From assembly GCA_963714095.1 (NCBI GenBank), contig OY970230.1, positions 660,084-724,083 of the forward strand: a DNA stretch of 64,000 bases, written 5' to 3'. The stretch's first letter is position 1; each line of letters opens with the position of its first letter. This DNA is from Candidatus Gottesmanbacteria bacterium (GTDB lineage Bacteria; Patescibacteriota; Microgenomatia; UBA10105; UBA927). Shown here piece by piece: positions 41,639 through 50,463 of this stretch. The notes beneath the pieces are model-generated. The model had not been told where the DNA came from. It ran no database searches and worked only from the letters and a program-made list of their open reading frames with translations. Both the position numbers and the translations under genes were made by a program.

Positions 41639-42023
41639 GAGGTTCCTCCTGTATGTGGGTTTTGAGAAAATTTTGAATCCACTTGTTCAATAGGTGAATG
41701 GTGATCGCCGTGGTGGCCATATATTCACTGAACAAATCCAAGTATTTCCGCATGTGAATGGCCCGGCAGATGTCTATCTGGTCCTTAAATGCTTCCCGGC
41801 CCTCGACAATCTGTTGTAGGGTCATCGGAAAGAGTTTTATCATTGTATCCTCGGGTTTATCTTCAGCCGAGAGCATGATAAAGAGGAAAAATGCATTGAA
41901 CTTACGTTCTTTATCCTCCGCATCCGGTTCTTTCATCTGGTTGAAGAGGTAATGGATATCGTTGTAGAACTCCTCAAGTGTGTACGATACCTCACCTTTG
42001 ACAATTTGGGCTTCCGTTACCAT
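41625..42023 (-). CDS. Hypothetical protein
   Basis: ATG 42023 directly follows the upstream stop codon. Confidence 0.6.
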   Translation of the reverse strand: MVTEAQIVKGEVSYTLEEFYNDIHYLFNQMKEPDAEDKERKFNAFFLFIMLSAEDKPEDTMIKLFPMTLQQIVEGREAFKDQIDICRAIHMRKYLDLFSEYMATTAITIHLLNKWIQNFLKTHIQEEPHGTP

Positions 42024-42024
42024 A

Positions 42025-42402
42025 TTATTTTGTGCTCCTTTCAAGAATGACTCGTTCGATCGTTTGTACGCGGTTTTGCAATTCCGACTGTTCAAATCCT
42101 TTGAGCGCTACGCCAAGAAGGTAACCAATGGTGCTTGCCACTTTTGGCGGTAGGTTACCAGCACGAACCTCATTGATTGTTTGGATGGCAGCGCTCACAA
42201 CATCAGAAGCGTTGACAATGGTCAATGGCGGTAAGGCTAAGGCCAGCGTGTCGTAACTTGTGGCTTGACCACCTTTTTGGACTGCTGCACGCTTAGTTTC
42301 CTGCATTGTGGGTTCATGGTTGAGGCAGAACATAGAGCCATGGACCGCATACGCACCACACAGTTCTCCGTTTTCTTTGATATAGGTACAGTGTTGAGTC
42401 AT
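42025..42402 (-). CDS. Small protein with an N-terminal C-x9-C-x10-C-x2-H zinc-finger-like motif
   Basis: HCTYIKENGELCGAYAVHGSMFCLNH...KGG. Confidence 0.65.
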   Translation of the reverse strand: MTQHCTYIKENGELCGAYAVHGSMFCLNHEPTMQETKRAAVQKGGQATSYDTLALALPPLTIVNASDVVSAAIQTINEVRAGNLPPKVASTIGYLLGVALKGFEQSELQNRVQTIERVILERSTK

Positions 42403-42438
42403 AAGTGTATAGGTAAGCTACTTACCCGGTAGGGGGAT

Positions 42439-43932
42439 TTACCCTTTCACCCCTTTCAACGAATTATTTATAAGAGCCTGGTCCTCGATAGATAAGCTTT
42501 CAGCTTTGAATACGCCCCGGCGCAGGCCTTCATCTTCCACTTCTATGGCGAGTTTGTTGAGGTAATCCCGTTCTTTTTCCGATATGTCTGGATCGCTTTT
42601 TGTATCTGTGATGTACGCCATGACGCCCTCAATCTCATCATCCGTATAGTTTTTGACGAGCTTATCTGGAAGGAACCGCAACAGAGATTCCGAAGGGGCT
42701 ATCAGAACCGCGCTGTCGGCCTTAATGAGTGTGAAATCTTCATGGAGATTGTATGTTCTGGCGACTCCTTCGGCTTTCGTATCGGCTACGATAACTTCCA
42801 GCCCCTCTAGCTCTTTAAGGAGGCGCTGGCAGGTACGGATGGACTTATTAGTCAGTTCTGATAGCTGCCGTGCCGTTATAAAAGAATTGGCGCGGAAGTG
42901 TTCGAGTATCTCCGCCCGTTCCGCCGGCATCGAAGATATAACGAGCGATTTAAGGATGGCGCAATCCGCTTCTGATACCGCTGTACGCCCGTCAAGAAGC
43001 GCCAGGCACACCGCAAGCCCTTTAAGCTGCTGAAGTGCTCGCCATGGCTCTTCGATTTGCCGGTCTACCACGTCAAAATATGTGACTTGCTTGCCTTCTT
43101 CGTTCGTGAAGCTATCTTTTTGTAATATGATGATACCCCGAGAACGCGCCATGAGAAGCGATGATTTCTCCAGTAGGTTTCGGAGAGGTATGTCGGTAAT
43201 TTCAAATGAGGTAGGTGTTTTTGCCAACAGTTCATTGAAAAACGTGACGCACTGCTCGGCCATCTGCCCGATAAGTTCTTTTCTGCTATGAGAATTCCAG
43301 GCTATCGTGAATCCTTTCGTTTTTCGTTCAAGCGATAACATCGGTATCCGGTAAAACAGGAACCGTGGACCTACGATATTGAGATACTTTTGATGCCGAT
43401 TGAGGGCAGCTGGCGTGATGCACCCGACATGCGAAAATGAGCTCTTATATGATTTATATCCCCGCGTCGGGCTAAACTTGGCAAACTCGCCGTCATAAAT
43501 ACTCACCAACTCGCCGAGGAGCTTCTTTGTCGTTTCCTCGTTGAGGCTAAAAATGGTCGTATAGTCCTTGCAAACAAAGCACTTGCCGTCAAGCTCGGGG
43601 AGGAGGTCGTATGCCTTTTCGCCCTTCCCTGAAGGCTTGTAACCGCTTGCAAACGGGTTTAAGGTGAAGCTGTCAATGAAATAGACGAAATCGAGTTTCC
43701 GTAGGAGCGATACGAGGTCGGTTTTCGCTGATGATGGCACACCGACCAACATGAGCCAGAGTGGAGGATAGAGGTTGAGCTTTGTTGATAGGGCAACCGC
43801 AAAAACACAGCGGACCAGCTCCTCCGGTAGTGATACTATCTCAGATATGTCTTGTAATAAGGCCGAAATCCCATATCCTTTCGGAGTTGGTGACGCGGTT
43901 GTCGTGCTTTGTTGTGTTGCTGGTGCTTCCAT
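42439..43932 (-). CDS. AAA+/MCM-like putative replication helicase with a C-terminal wHTH
   Basis: LMLVGVPSSAKT Walker A-like motif, YDG, GPRFL Arg finger and ITARQLSELTNKSIRTCQRLLKELE. Confidence 0.65.
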   Translation of the reverse strand: MEAPATQQSTTTASPTPKGYGISALLQDISEIVSLPEELVRCVFAVALSTKLNLYPPLWLMLVGVPSSAKTDLVSLLRKLDFVYFIDSFTLNPFASGYKPSGKGEKAYDLLPELDGKCFVCKDYTTIFSLNEETTKKLLGELVSIYDGEFAKFSPTRGYKSYKSSFSHVGCITPAALNRHQKYLNIVGPRFLFYRIPMLSLERKTKGFTIAWNSHSRKELIGQMAEQCVTFFNELLAKTPTSFEITDIPLRNLLEKSSLLMARSRGIIILQKDSFTNEEGKQVTYFDVVDRQIEEPWRALQQLKGLAVCLALLDGRTAVSEADCAILKSLVISSMPAERAEILEHFRANSFITARQLSELTNKSIRTCQRLLKELEGLEVIVADTKAEGVARTYNLHEDFTLIKADSAVLIAPSESLLRFLPDKLVKNYTDDEIEGVMAYITDTKSDPDISEKERDYLNKLAIEVEDEGLRRGVFKAESLSIEDQALINNSLKGVKG

Positions 43933-43960
43933 AGGTCATACTTTGTGTTATACTTGACCT

Positions 43961-44026
43961 GCCGAGGGAAGGAGCCTCTTATACATCCCTCCCCCGACAG
44001 GGGTTAGCGGAAACGCTAACTCTTTT
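43961..44026 (+). ncRNA. Candidate antisense (counter-transcript) small RNA
   Basis: TGtTATACT at 43946-43954; hairpin gggttagcg-gaaa-cgctaactc plus TTTT at 44001-44026. Confidence 0.4.
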
Positions 44027-44029
44027 CCG

Positions 44030-44410
44030 TTATAACGGCATTACCGCCGATATATTCTGATACTGAACTCCATCTTTTTCCTTCCCGTTCTTGACGAAGA
44101 TTTGACAGGATTTACCTACCAAAGCTTCTATATCAAGCGTTTCTCCTGTTTTCGGTTCTGATTTGGTCAGCGCTTTGACGATACCAAACAGCTTGGAGTT
44201 TTTGCCGGACTTGGAGTTTGATAGCTTTTTTGAAGCTACCAGGGTTTTTGAAACCCCTTTGTGCTCGCCGTCGATCACCTCAAACCGAAATTGGAGATAA
44301 TCGCCGAACTCACCGGAGCCCTCCTCAATTTTTATGAGAGCAGCCTTATATACACCTTCGGGAATCGCTGGCTGAACTTCAGCCTCTTTAACAGTTAGAT
44401 TTATTGCCAT
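44030..44410 (-). CDS. Phage-type single-stranded DNA-binding-like protein (DUF669-like)
   Basis: IPEGVYKA, GEFGDYLQFRFEV, LVGKSCQI and YQNI; strong SD. Confidence 0.6.
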   Translation of the reverse strand: MAINLTVKEAEVQPAIPEGVYKAALIKIEEGSGEFGDYLQFRFEVIDGEHKGVSKTLVASKKLSNSKSGKNSKLFGIVKALTKSEPKTGETLDIEALVGKSCQIFVKNGKEKDGVQYQNISAVMPL

Positions 44411-44414
44411 AGTT

Positions 44415-44597
44415 TTACACACCTCCCTTCTTTGTGGACTCATCACGATGCAGTTTTCTTGGGTAGTAAACGGCTCTCACTAGGCCGACGAGACGTTCTC
44501 CGATGTCCCGTGCATATACTTTTGTTATTGCGATACCGTAGTATTTTTGATACATGTCCATAAATTCGGCGACAGCTTGGTCAGTAAGTCGTTGCAT
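44415..44597 (-). CDS. Small hypothetical protein
   Basis: Tightly packed ORF (LTDQAVAEF..MYQKYYG). Confidence 0.6.
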   Translation of the reverse strand: MQRLTDQAVAEFMDMYQKYYGIAITKVYARDIGERLVGLVRAVYYPRKLHRDESTKKGGV

Positions 44598-44598
44598 G

Positions 44599-44847
44599 CT
44601 ACCGCTCCTCGTACAGTCGCGTTTTAATAAGTTTGAGTTGGTAAAAATATGCTTGAGGAGAAACCTTCATTTCGCCTCGCCAATAGGACTCAATAAACTT
44701 GTCGAGCTGGTCGTCACGTTTGAATAGGAATTCCGCCTTATGAGGATTGCGTCTATCTATCCCCTCAAGCGGGAAAAAAAGCGATAAAGCCGCGGTCATG
44801 GAAAGATCGGAGGTTGAGTAATAGTCATTGTAATTTTTCTGCGTCAT
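44599..44847 (-). CDS. DUF5659-like small protein
   Basis: YSTSDLSMTAAL, KAEFLF and V.PQAYF..LK.IK.RLY. Confidence 0.65.
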   Translation of the reverse strand: MTQKNYNDYYSTSDLSMTAALSLFFPLEGIDRRNPHKAEFLFKRDDQLDKFIESYWRGEMKVSPQAYFYQLKLIKTRLYEER

Positions 44848-44985
44848 ATCTGTTGTTCGCTGGGTAAACCAGTTTTATGAACTAATGAAATTAAACTACC
44901 TAACCTCGACGTTAGGTCAACGTTTAGGAGTATTAAGGTTTTGAGGCTAAAAAAGAAGTTGGTGTTTAGGTTTTACGTATTAAGG

Positions 44986-45993
44986 CTATTCAGGTTTGGA
45001 AACAAATTTTATCCGATACGCACCGCTGGCTGGTTTAGGCTCCAGGGGATCGTCTTTCGTAGACGGTATACTTACATATCGTTTTAGTTCCGGGCTAAAC
45101 AGTTTTTCAATCTGACTTATGGTAGCTCGTACGTAGTTCGGATTCTTCCGACCGCGAAGTGTGCTAATTGTCGTCCATTTACCTTTCTGATCTGTTAGTT
45201 TCACATACATGGTTTTTCTGTCCTCGCTCGAGAATGTTACTTCGCCATATTGTCCAAAACGAAAAGTATTGCCCTCCCATTTAAAATCGTCCTGCCATTC
45301 GGGTTTTTCTTCTACGGCCGTTTGGGAAGAGGGCGGGATACTTGTTGGCGCACTTTGTCCGGCAGTTGTTTGATGACTGCCATTCTGCTCCAAGAGCTTT
45401 TGTATTTTTTGGAGTTTGTCGGTTGTTGTAGTAATGAGCAAACTTCCACCTATGTCTTCACGTTCCGATTGTAATATGCCCCATTCTTCCAGTTTTGCAA
45501 TAATTGTCCATTCGTTATAATCGTTGTCTGAACCAATATACGTAGCTGGGTTAAATGTAAAAGGTTCATTGACAGGTGCCAATTCTGACTCATCAACTAA
45601 TCGATTTACAACACCGAGAATTCTATTTTTTGCCTTTGGAGATAATCTGGAAATCGCAACCTGATAGGTATTCTGGTAAGCCTGTGGCTCACATATTTGT
45701 TGATAGTGTTCGTACACCACATCAAACGCTGGTTGGTTTATCCTGAGTATGAATCCGGAGCGGAAATTACCATAGCCGGGTTCAATTTCTCGTACGATTT
45801 CAACCGCCCCGGTTTCTTTGGCTAGTTTGTTTATTATTATTTGTCGTTTACGGTCAGCAGTCGGGACTCCGGATGCGAATACGCTATGGGTTGTTTCGTA
45901 GATAAATGTATTACCTCCCGCCGCAAGACCTTCTTCTTTCAGCCGCTGTAACACAAACCAAACCTCTTGATTGAATGTTTCTTCTGGAGTCAT
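44986..45993 (-). CDS. Hypothetical protein, possible wHTH regulator
   Basis: 335-aa ORF; C-terminus resembles an OmpR-type wHTH (YVRATISQIEK...GAYRI). Confidence 0.6.
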   Translation of the reverse strand: MTPEETFNQEVWFVLQRLKEEGLAAGGNTFIYETTHSVFASGVPTADRKRQIIINKLAKETGAVEIVREIEPGYGNFRSGFILRINQPAFDVVYEHYQQICEPQAYQNTYQVAISRLSPKAKNRILGVVNRLVDESELAPVNEPFTFNPATYIGSDNDYNEWTIIAKLEEWGILQSEREDIGGSLLITTTTDKLQKIQKLLEQNGSHQTTAGQSAPTSIPPSSQTAVEEKPEWQDDFKWEGNTFRFGQYGEVTFSSEDRKTMYVKLTDQKGKWTTISTLRGRKNPNYVRATISQIEKLFSPELKRYVSIPSTKDDPLEPKPASGAYRIKFVSKPE

Positions 45994-46100
45994 AGTAATT
46001 GTAATAATTGGGAATATAAGAAACTGGCCGTATTTTACGCCTTTTTGATGGATAACTCAATGAAAATTATAAGTACGGTTGGTCTCCTGTTTGCTAAAAT

Positions 46101-47435
46101 TTATTGATGGTAGATGATAAACGGCCGTGTCGCCGTAGAAGGGAAATCGGTTGGCCGTTTTTCTTCAGTGAAGACGGTCATGTCACAGGATTGAGACGAA
46201 CTGGGCGCATAATCCATGATGTTATTGACATAGAGAGAAAACAGTTGCGGCGGATCATCCAATTGTCTGTCGATACAGATGAGCTTTGTCCTATGCGCCT
46301 GCGCAAGCGTAAGGATGAATGTTGCAGTATTTTGAGGCTGTTCCATCGGCGTAATTCGGTAAAATAGATACCCTTCGCCGAGAATATACACGATAAGAAT
46401 GATGCTGATAATTAATTTGTTCTGGAAAATAGACGTTACTCCGTATGCGGCAATGAGCGAAAGAGCAGGAATGATGATAAAGAGCCGGGTGGTCGGCAGA
46501 TCCACTGACGGATAAGTGAACGTGATAACAATTCCCAAAACGACTGCCCAAATAAAACAAAGTATAGATGCTACTTTGTTCTTTTTGGACCGGGGGAGCG
46601 CCACACAGCCAATGAAAAATGCAATTACTAAAAGTGGAGAGAAGAGCGGTGTGGTAACAAAGTGGTGTTGTGTTCCTTGGGTATGCACGACGAGGCTAGT
46701 CAGGAGCGAACCGATGAGCTTCCACGGAACGCCATGATAATACGGGTGCGTGACTGACTCTTTGAGCATTGCAGAAACAATTGAACCTTGATTAACAACT
46801 GCGAAGGGAAGGAAAAGTAAAAGGAATCCGCTTACAAAAACGAGAAGCTGTTTTTTGTGAAAGATCACCAGAGGAATCAAAATGATAAGAATACTTCGGG
46901 CAGCGAAAAATGTATAAAAGCATGCGCCGGCGCTTATCCCGCTTAAGAATACGTAGACGGATTTTTTGGTGGACAGAAATAAACAATAGAAAAGTATGGA
47001 TGTTAGAAATGGAAGAAATGCCTGTAAATTATTGTACCCGATGTGCGCGAAACCATACAGATAGTGAGAAAACCCCATAAACACCATAGCGGTAAGCGCC
47101 GTGAGGTGTTTTTTAAATAATACCAGCGCTATACCGTATACCAACAGCATGCTGATGATGAGTGTGGCAATGTTCGCGCTTTTCCAGCCGACAAGATTGA
47201 CGCCGAACGCCTTCATCCACACGGCCTGATAGACCGAGTCGGCAACAGGGTGATATCCATAGACACCATTCTGTGAAAATAATTGAGGAATCGACACACC
47301 ATGGGTTGCTATATAAGATGCCTTATAAAAAAATGCATATTCGTCGCCTATCAGGGCATAGCGGGGGTTAAAAATATCGATGGCAAGTCCAAAGATGAGA
47401 AGGCATATAAAAGGCAGAAGAATCAATCTTTTCAT
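46101..47435 (-). CDS. GT-C (ArnT/PMT-like) membrane glycosyltransferase
   Basis: GDE motif after TM1, YHP and multiple TM segments. Confidence 0.7.
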   Translation of the reverse strand: MKRLILLPFICLLIFGLAIDIFNPRYALIGDEYAFFYKASYIATHGVSIPQLFSQNGVYGYHPVADSVYQAVWMKAFGVNLVGWKSANIATLIISMLLVYGIALVLFKKHLTALTAMVFMGFSHYLYGFAHIGYNNLQAFLPFLTSILFYCLFLSTKKSVYVFLSGISAGACFYTFFAARSILIILIPLVIFHKKQLLVFVSGFLLLFLPFAVVNQGSIVSAMLKESVTHPYYHGVPWKLIGSLLTSLVVHTQGTQHHFVTTPLFSPLLVIAFFIGCVALPRSKKNKVASILCFIWAVVLGIVITFTYPSVDLPTTRLFIIIPALSLIAAYGVTSIFQNKLIISIILIVYILGEGYLFYRITPMEQPQNTATFILTLAQAHRTKLICIDRQLDDPPQLFSLYVNNIMDYAPSSSQSCDMTVFTEEKRPTDFPSTATRPFIIYHQ

Positions 47436-47550
47436 GGCTATATAAGCCATTATACCAGTGAAGTGGAGCAATTAGTCCGATTAGCCTCTACCGTTCCCAG
47501 CGCCCTTATTTATGTTAAGGCAAACTGAGGCTGATTTGTGGTCAAAAAGT

Positions 47551-47581
47551 AGGTTCTAAGTTCTTGTAAACCCCGCAACCA
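47551..47581 (+). repeat. att-like repeat copy 1
   Basis: aggttctaagttcttg-taaa-ccccgcaacca; the 3' part matches the tRNA-Met acceptor end. Confidence 0.8.
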
Positions 47582-47592
47582 AAGCTAATTTA

Positions 47593-47613
47593 GTCCGTTA
47601 GAACGGGTTTTTT
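47593..47613 (+). terminator. Possible intrinsic terminator after att-like copy 1
   Basis: Short hairpin gtccgtt-ag-aacgggt followed by a T run. Confidence 0.4.
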
Positions 47614-47634
47614 CAAAAAAAACTAAAATGTAAC

Positions 47635-48633
47635 TTAAGACGTTGGTTGAGGCGCTTGAGCGACTTGTGAAGTTGGATGAACTTTTTGCATATCCTTTAG
47701 GATTTTATCGGCGTTATCTTCTGTTGCCAGCATAATTTTGGAATATGATTTTTCACCATAGACGTTTTCTATTGCTCTTGCTAGCGGTAGTGTTTCATGG
47801 AGTATTCTTGCTCTGACGGATAATTTCTCAAAATCAGGGACTGTGGTTAATAATTCTTTCACTAGATTAACGCTCTCCGGATAGGAAAAAGAGATCTCGT
47901 TTGCTACGTTAAAAGATTCTGGAGGACTTCCCGATTCGGCAACGATATCTTTCACGGCATCTGAGGCTTTAGATATAATTGTCCATTCTTTTGGAAAATG
48001 CTTTTCGATCACAGTTTTCATTCGGTGCTCTGCAAGCATAGCTAGCCCTTCTTCTACGGCATAGCCTTTCTTATGACGTTTTCCTTCTTGAAATTGGAGA
48101 CCTTGTCTGTCTAATCCAATAACTCGCGTATCTTTCTGGCCAAAACGTTTTCCCAGATCACCGGCTTTCTGAATTGTCTCCTTTACGATGGATGGTGCGG
48201 TTGCATGAAATAATTCATGTGCCATTGTTAAACACGATCCTATGTATGTAATATTGTTTCGCGTGTCTTTGGGAATAGAAGCGTCCCTGCTTAATTTGCC
48301 CACAAAAGAATTTTTACCTACCTGTTCAGATACAACGACCAAACCAGGGAGCGAAAGCCCCATTTCATCGCCTAAATGAGCTATTTCCGAATCAGTATAG
48401 GCAATTTCAGGCCATTGAATATTGTTGACCCCGAAATTCGAAAAATAGGCCTCGTATGCTTGTTTTATATCATCTGTACATTGTTGTACTGGTTCAGGAA
48501 TTGGTTTGGCAAGTTCTTTGTAATGGTTCACAATAGGCTCGATCCCACTTTGGACTAGCCGTTTTTGTTCCATGACAATAGCATCGCTTGAAGGTAGCCC
48601 TCGTAATTCTCCGGTTGTTATTAAATCTCCCAT
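47635..48633 (-). CDS. Hypothetical protein with an HExxH zinc-metallopeptidase-like motif
   Basis: MAHELFHA and a downstream VEEGLA. Confidence 0.65.
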   Translation of the reverse strand: MGDLITTGELRGLPSSDAIVMEQKRLVQSGIEPIVNHYKELAKPIPEPVQQCTDDIKQAYEAYFSNFGVNNIQWPEIAYTDSEIAHLGDEMGLSLPGLVVVSEQVGKNSFVGKLSRDASIPKDTRNNITYIGSCLTMAHELFHATAPSIVKETIQKAGDLGKRFGQKDTRVIGLDRQGLQFQEGKRHKKGYAVEEGLAMLAEHRMKTVIEKHFPKEWTIISKASDAVKDIVAESGSPPESFNVANEISFSYPESVNLVKELLTTVPDFEKLSVRARILHETLPLARAIENVYGEKSYSKIMLATEDNADKILKDMQKVHPTSQVAQAPQPTS

Positions 48634-48739
48634 TTAGTACAGAGTACACTATTAATTGGGGCGATTCCAGGCCTTATCATCCGTTTCATTTTTAGAGGTC
48701 AAACAGTAGCTATTCTATAGGCGTTTTTCGTTAGATACC

Positions 48740-48769
48740 AGGTTCTAAGTTCTTGGAGTCCCCGCAACA
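48740..48769 (+). repeat. att-like repeat copy 2
   Basis: aggttctaagttcttg-gagt-ccccgcaaca. Confidence 0.8.
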
Positions 48770-48849
48770 CAATAAGTACATACATCAATGTTCCTTGGAA
48801 CCATATCTCTTCGAATCGAACGTATTCCAACCGACAATCTGTTTTTCTG

Positions 48850-50400
48850 TCAATTCTGGTTGAGGAGTAATCCGGCATCCATTTTTACCCGCCAAATGCG
48901 TTCATAGAATTCGTATTTAGATACGAATTCTTTGGCTATATTGAGATGAGAAAAAAGCACGTTTTGCTTTTCGTTTGGATCTTTTTGTATATCATAAAGC
49001 TCGTAGGGGGTAAATGTAGAATCAGCATTTCGTTTTACATGAAGTTTCCACTGTTTATTTCTTATCACCATAGTATCCAGATCCCATCCGTCAGAAATGA
49101 TTAGTCTGTCGGGAAGCGGTTTTCCCTCGATTTCTCCGACAAGACTACTCCCCTGAAATTCATTTTGATAGGCAATTCCAACCATATCAAGAATTGTAGG
49201 AGCAAGATCTGTTAATTGTACCGGCGTTGATATCTGTTCTGGCTTCGTGATGCCGGGAATATAAAAAATAAGCGGAATATGCAGGTTAGAATCATAGATA
49301 GTTTGATGATATATTGACCCATGTTCCATAAATTCTTCACCATGATCAGCAGTAAATATAACGATTGTTGAATTTTTAATATGAACATTGGATGACAAAA
49401 ACTGGATAAGCGTAGAAATTTTAGACTCATCCATTTGGTTAATACGTTGATCATACAAAGCCCGAAGGTAATTAACATCACGCGGGGAATGAATATCAAA
49501 AGCATTATTGTATTTTACATTATCCCAGGATGCCCATAGAAAGGGGCTATATTTTGAATTATAAAGCAGCTCCGAATCCAATAGCTGGGGATCGTAATTA
49601 TTTTTGACCATTATGGACAGCGCCTCTTTCATAACGACGTCGGCAAGAGGGTCAGTATTTGATTTAAGCGCCTTTTGCACTTCTATATATAATTTTTGGT
49701 AGGATTCTTTCGATGTGCGATTATAGTCTTCGCCTGTAAGCGGTATGTTGGGATATTGTTCGGTTGTGTAGAATTTTGGGCTGTATCCAATTAAATAGGG
49801 CTCATGAACGTCATATGTATGAAGGAATAAAAATGTTTTTTTATTCTGATTGACATTCACAGTAAAGCTTTGAAGGGCTTGATACCAGTCATTTTGTCCT
49901 TCGTAAAATACCGTATTTATCCCACGGTTATAGACGTTTTGAAGAGGTAATGCCGGATCAGCGCCAGGTAAGACAAAAAGTGTCATGTATCCGTTTTTTT
50001 GTAATATTTCCGGAAGAAACGGTATATTTTTTGAAAGAGAGTCGCTATATGTTGTATTCACTCCGTGAATATTTGGATTTAACCCGGTGAACATCGATAC
50101 GTGGCTCGGTAACGTATACATGCCATTGGCGTAGGCATGTGAAAACAGTATATTCTGATGTGCGAATGTGCAGAGGTTTGGAGCGGTGTTACGATCATAC
50201 CCATAACAGGGGAGATGATTTGCACTGAGCGTGTCCAATGAGACAAGAATGACATTACAGTTTTTACAAAGGGGTGAAGAGTATTTTGTCCCGAAAAGTT
50301 TTTCCCGAATACTATATTCCCCAGCCAATCCGAGGGCCAATAGTACTAACAGGATACACAAAAGAAAGGGATATCTGTATCGCGGAGAGTTTAGATTCAT
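48850..50400 (-). CDS. Sulfatase-like (alkaline phosphatase superfamily) protein
   Basis: SLDTL, YTLPSHVSMFTG, HTYDVHEPY, TADHGE and ELYD..DP.E. Confidence 0.85.
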   Translation of the reverse strand: MNLNSPRYRYPFLLCILLVLLALGLAGEYSIREKLFGTKYSSPLCKNCNVILVSLDTLSANHLPCYGYDRNTAPNLCTFAHQNILFSHAYANGMYTLPSHVSMFTGLNPNIHGVNTTYSDSLSKNIPFLPEILQKNGYMTLFVLPGADPALPLQNVYNRGINTVFYEGQNDWYQALQSFTVNVNQNKKTFLFLHTYDVHEPYLIGYSPKFYTTEQYPNIPLTGEDYNRTSKESYQKLYIEVQKALKSNTDPLADVVMKEALSIMVKNNYDPQLLDSELLYNSKYSPFLWASWDNVKYNNAFDIHSPRDVNYLRALYDQRINQMDESKISTLIQFLSSNVHIKNSTIVIFTADHGEEFMEHGSIYHQTIYDSNLHIPLIFYIPGITKPEQISTPVQLTDLAPTILDMVGIAYQNEFQGSSLVGEIEGKPLPDRLIISDGWDLDTMVIRNKQWKLHVKRNADSTFTPYELYDIQKDPNEKQNVLFSHLNIAKEFVSKYEFYERIWRVKMDAGLLLNQN

Positions 50401-50463
50401 AATCCTAATTATTAAATAATATACTGTATTTTAATTATGTGGAAGATGCAGGAGGATCGATTG

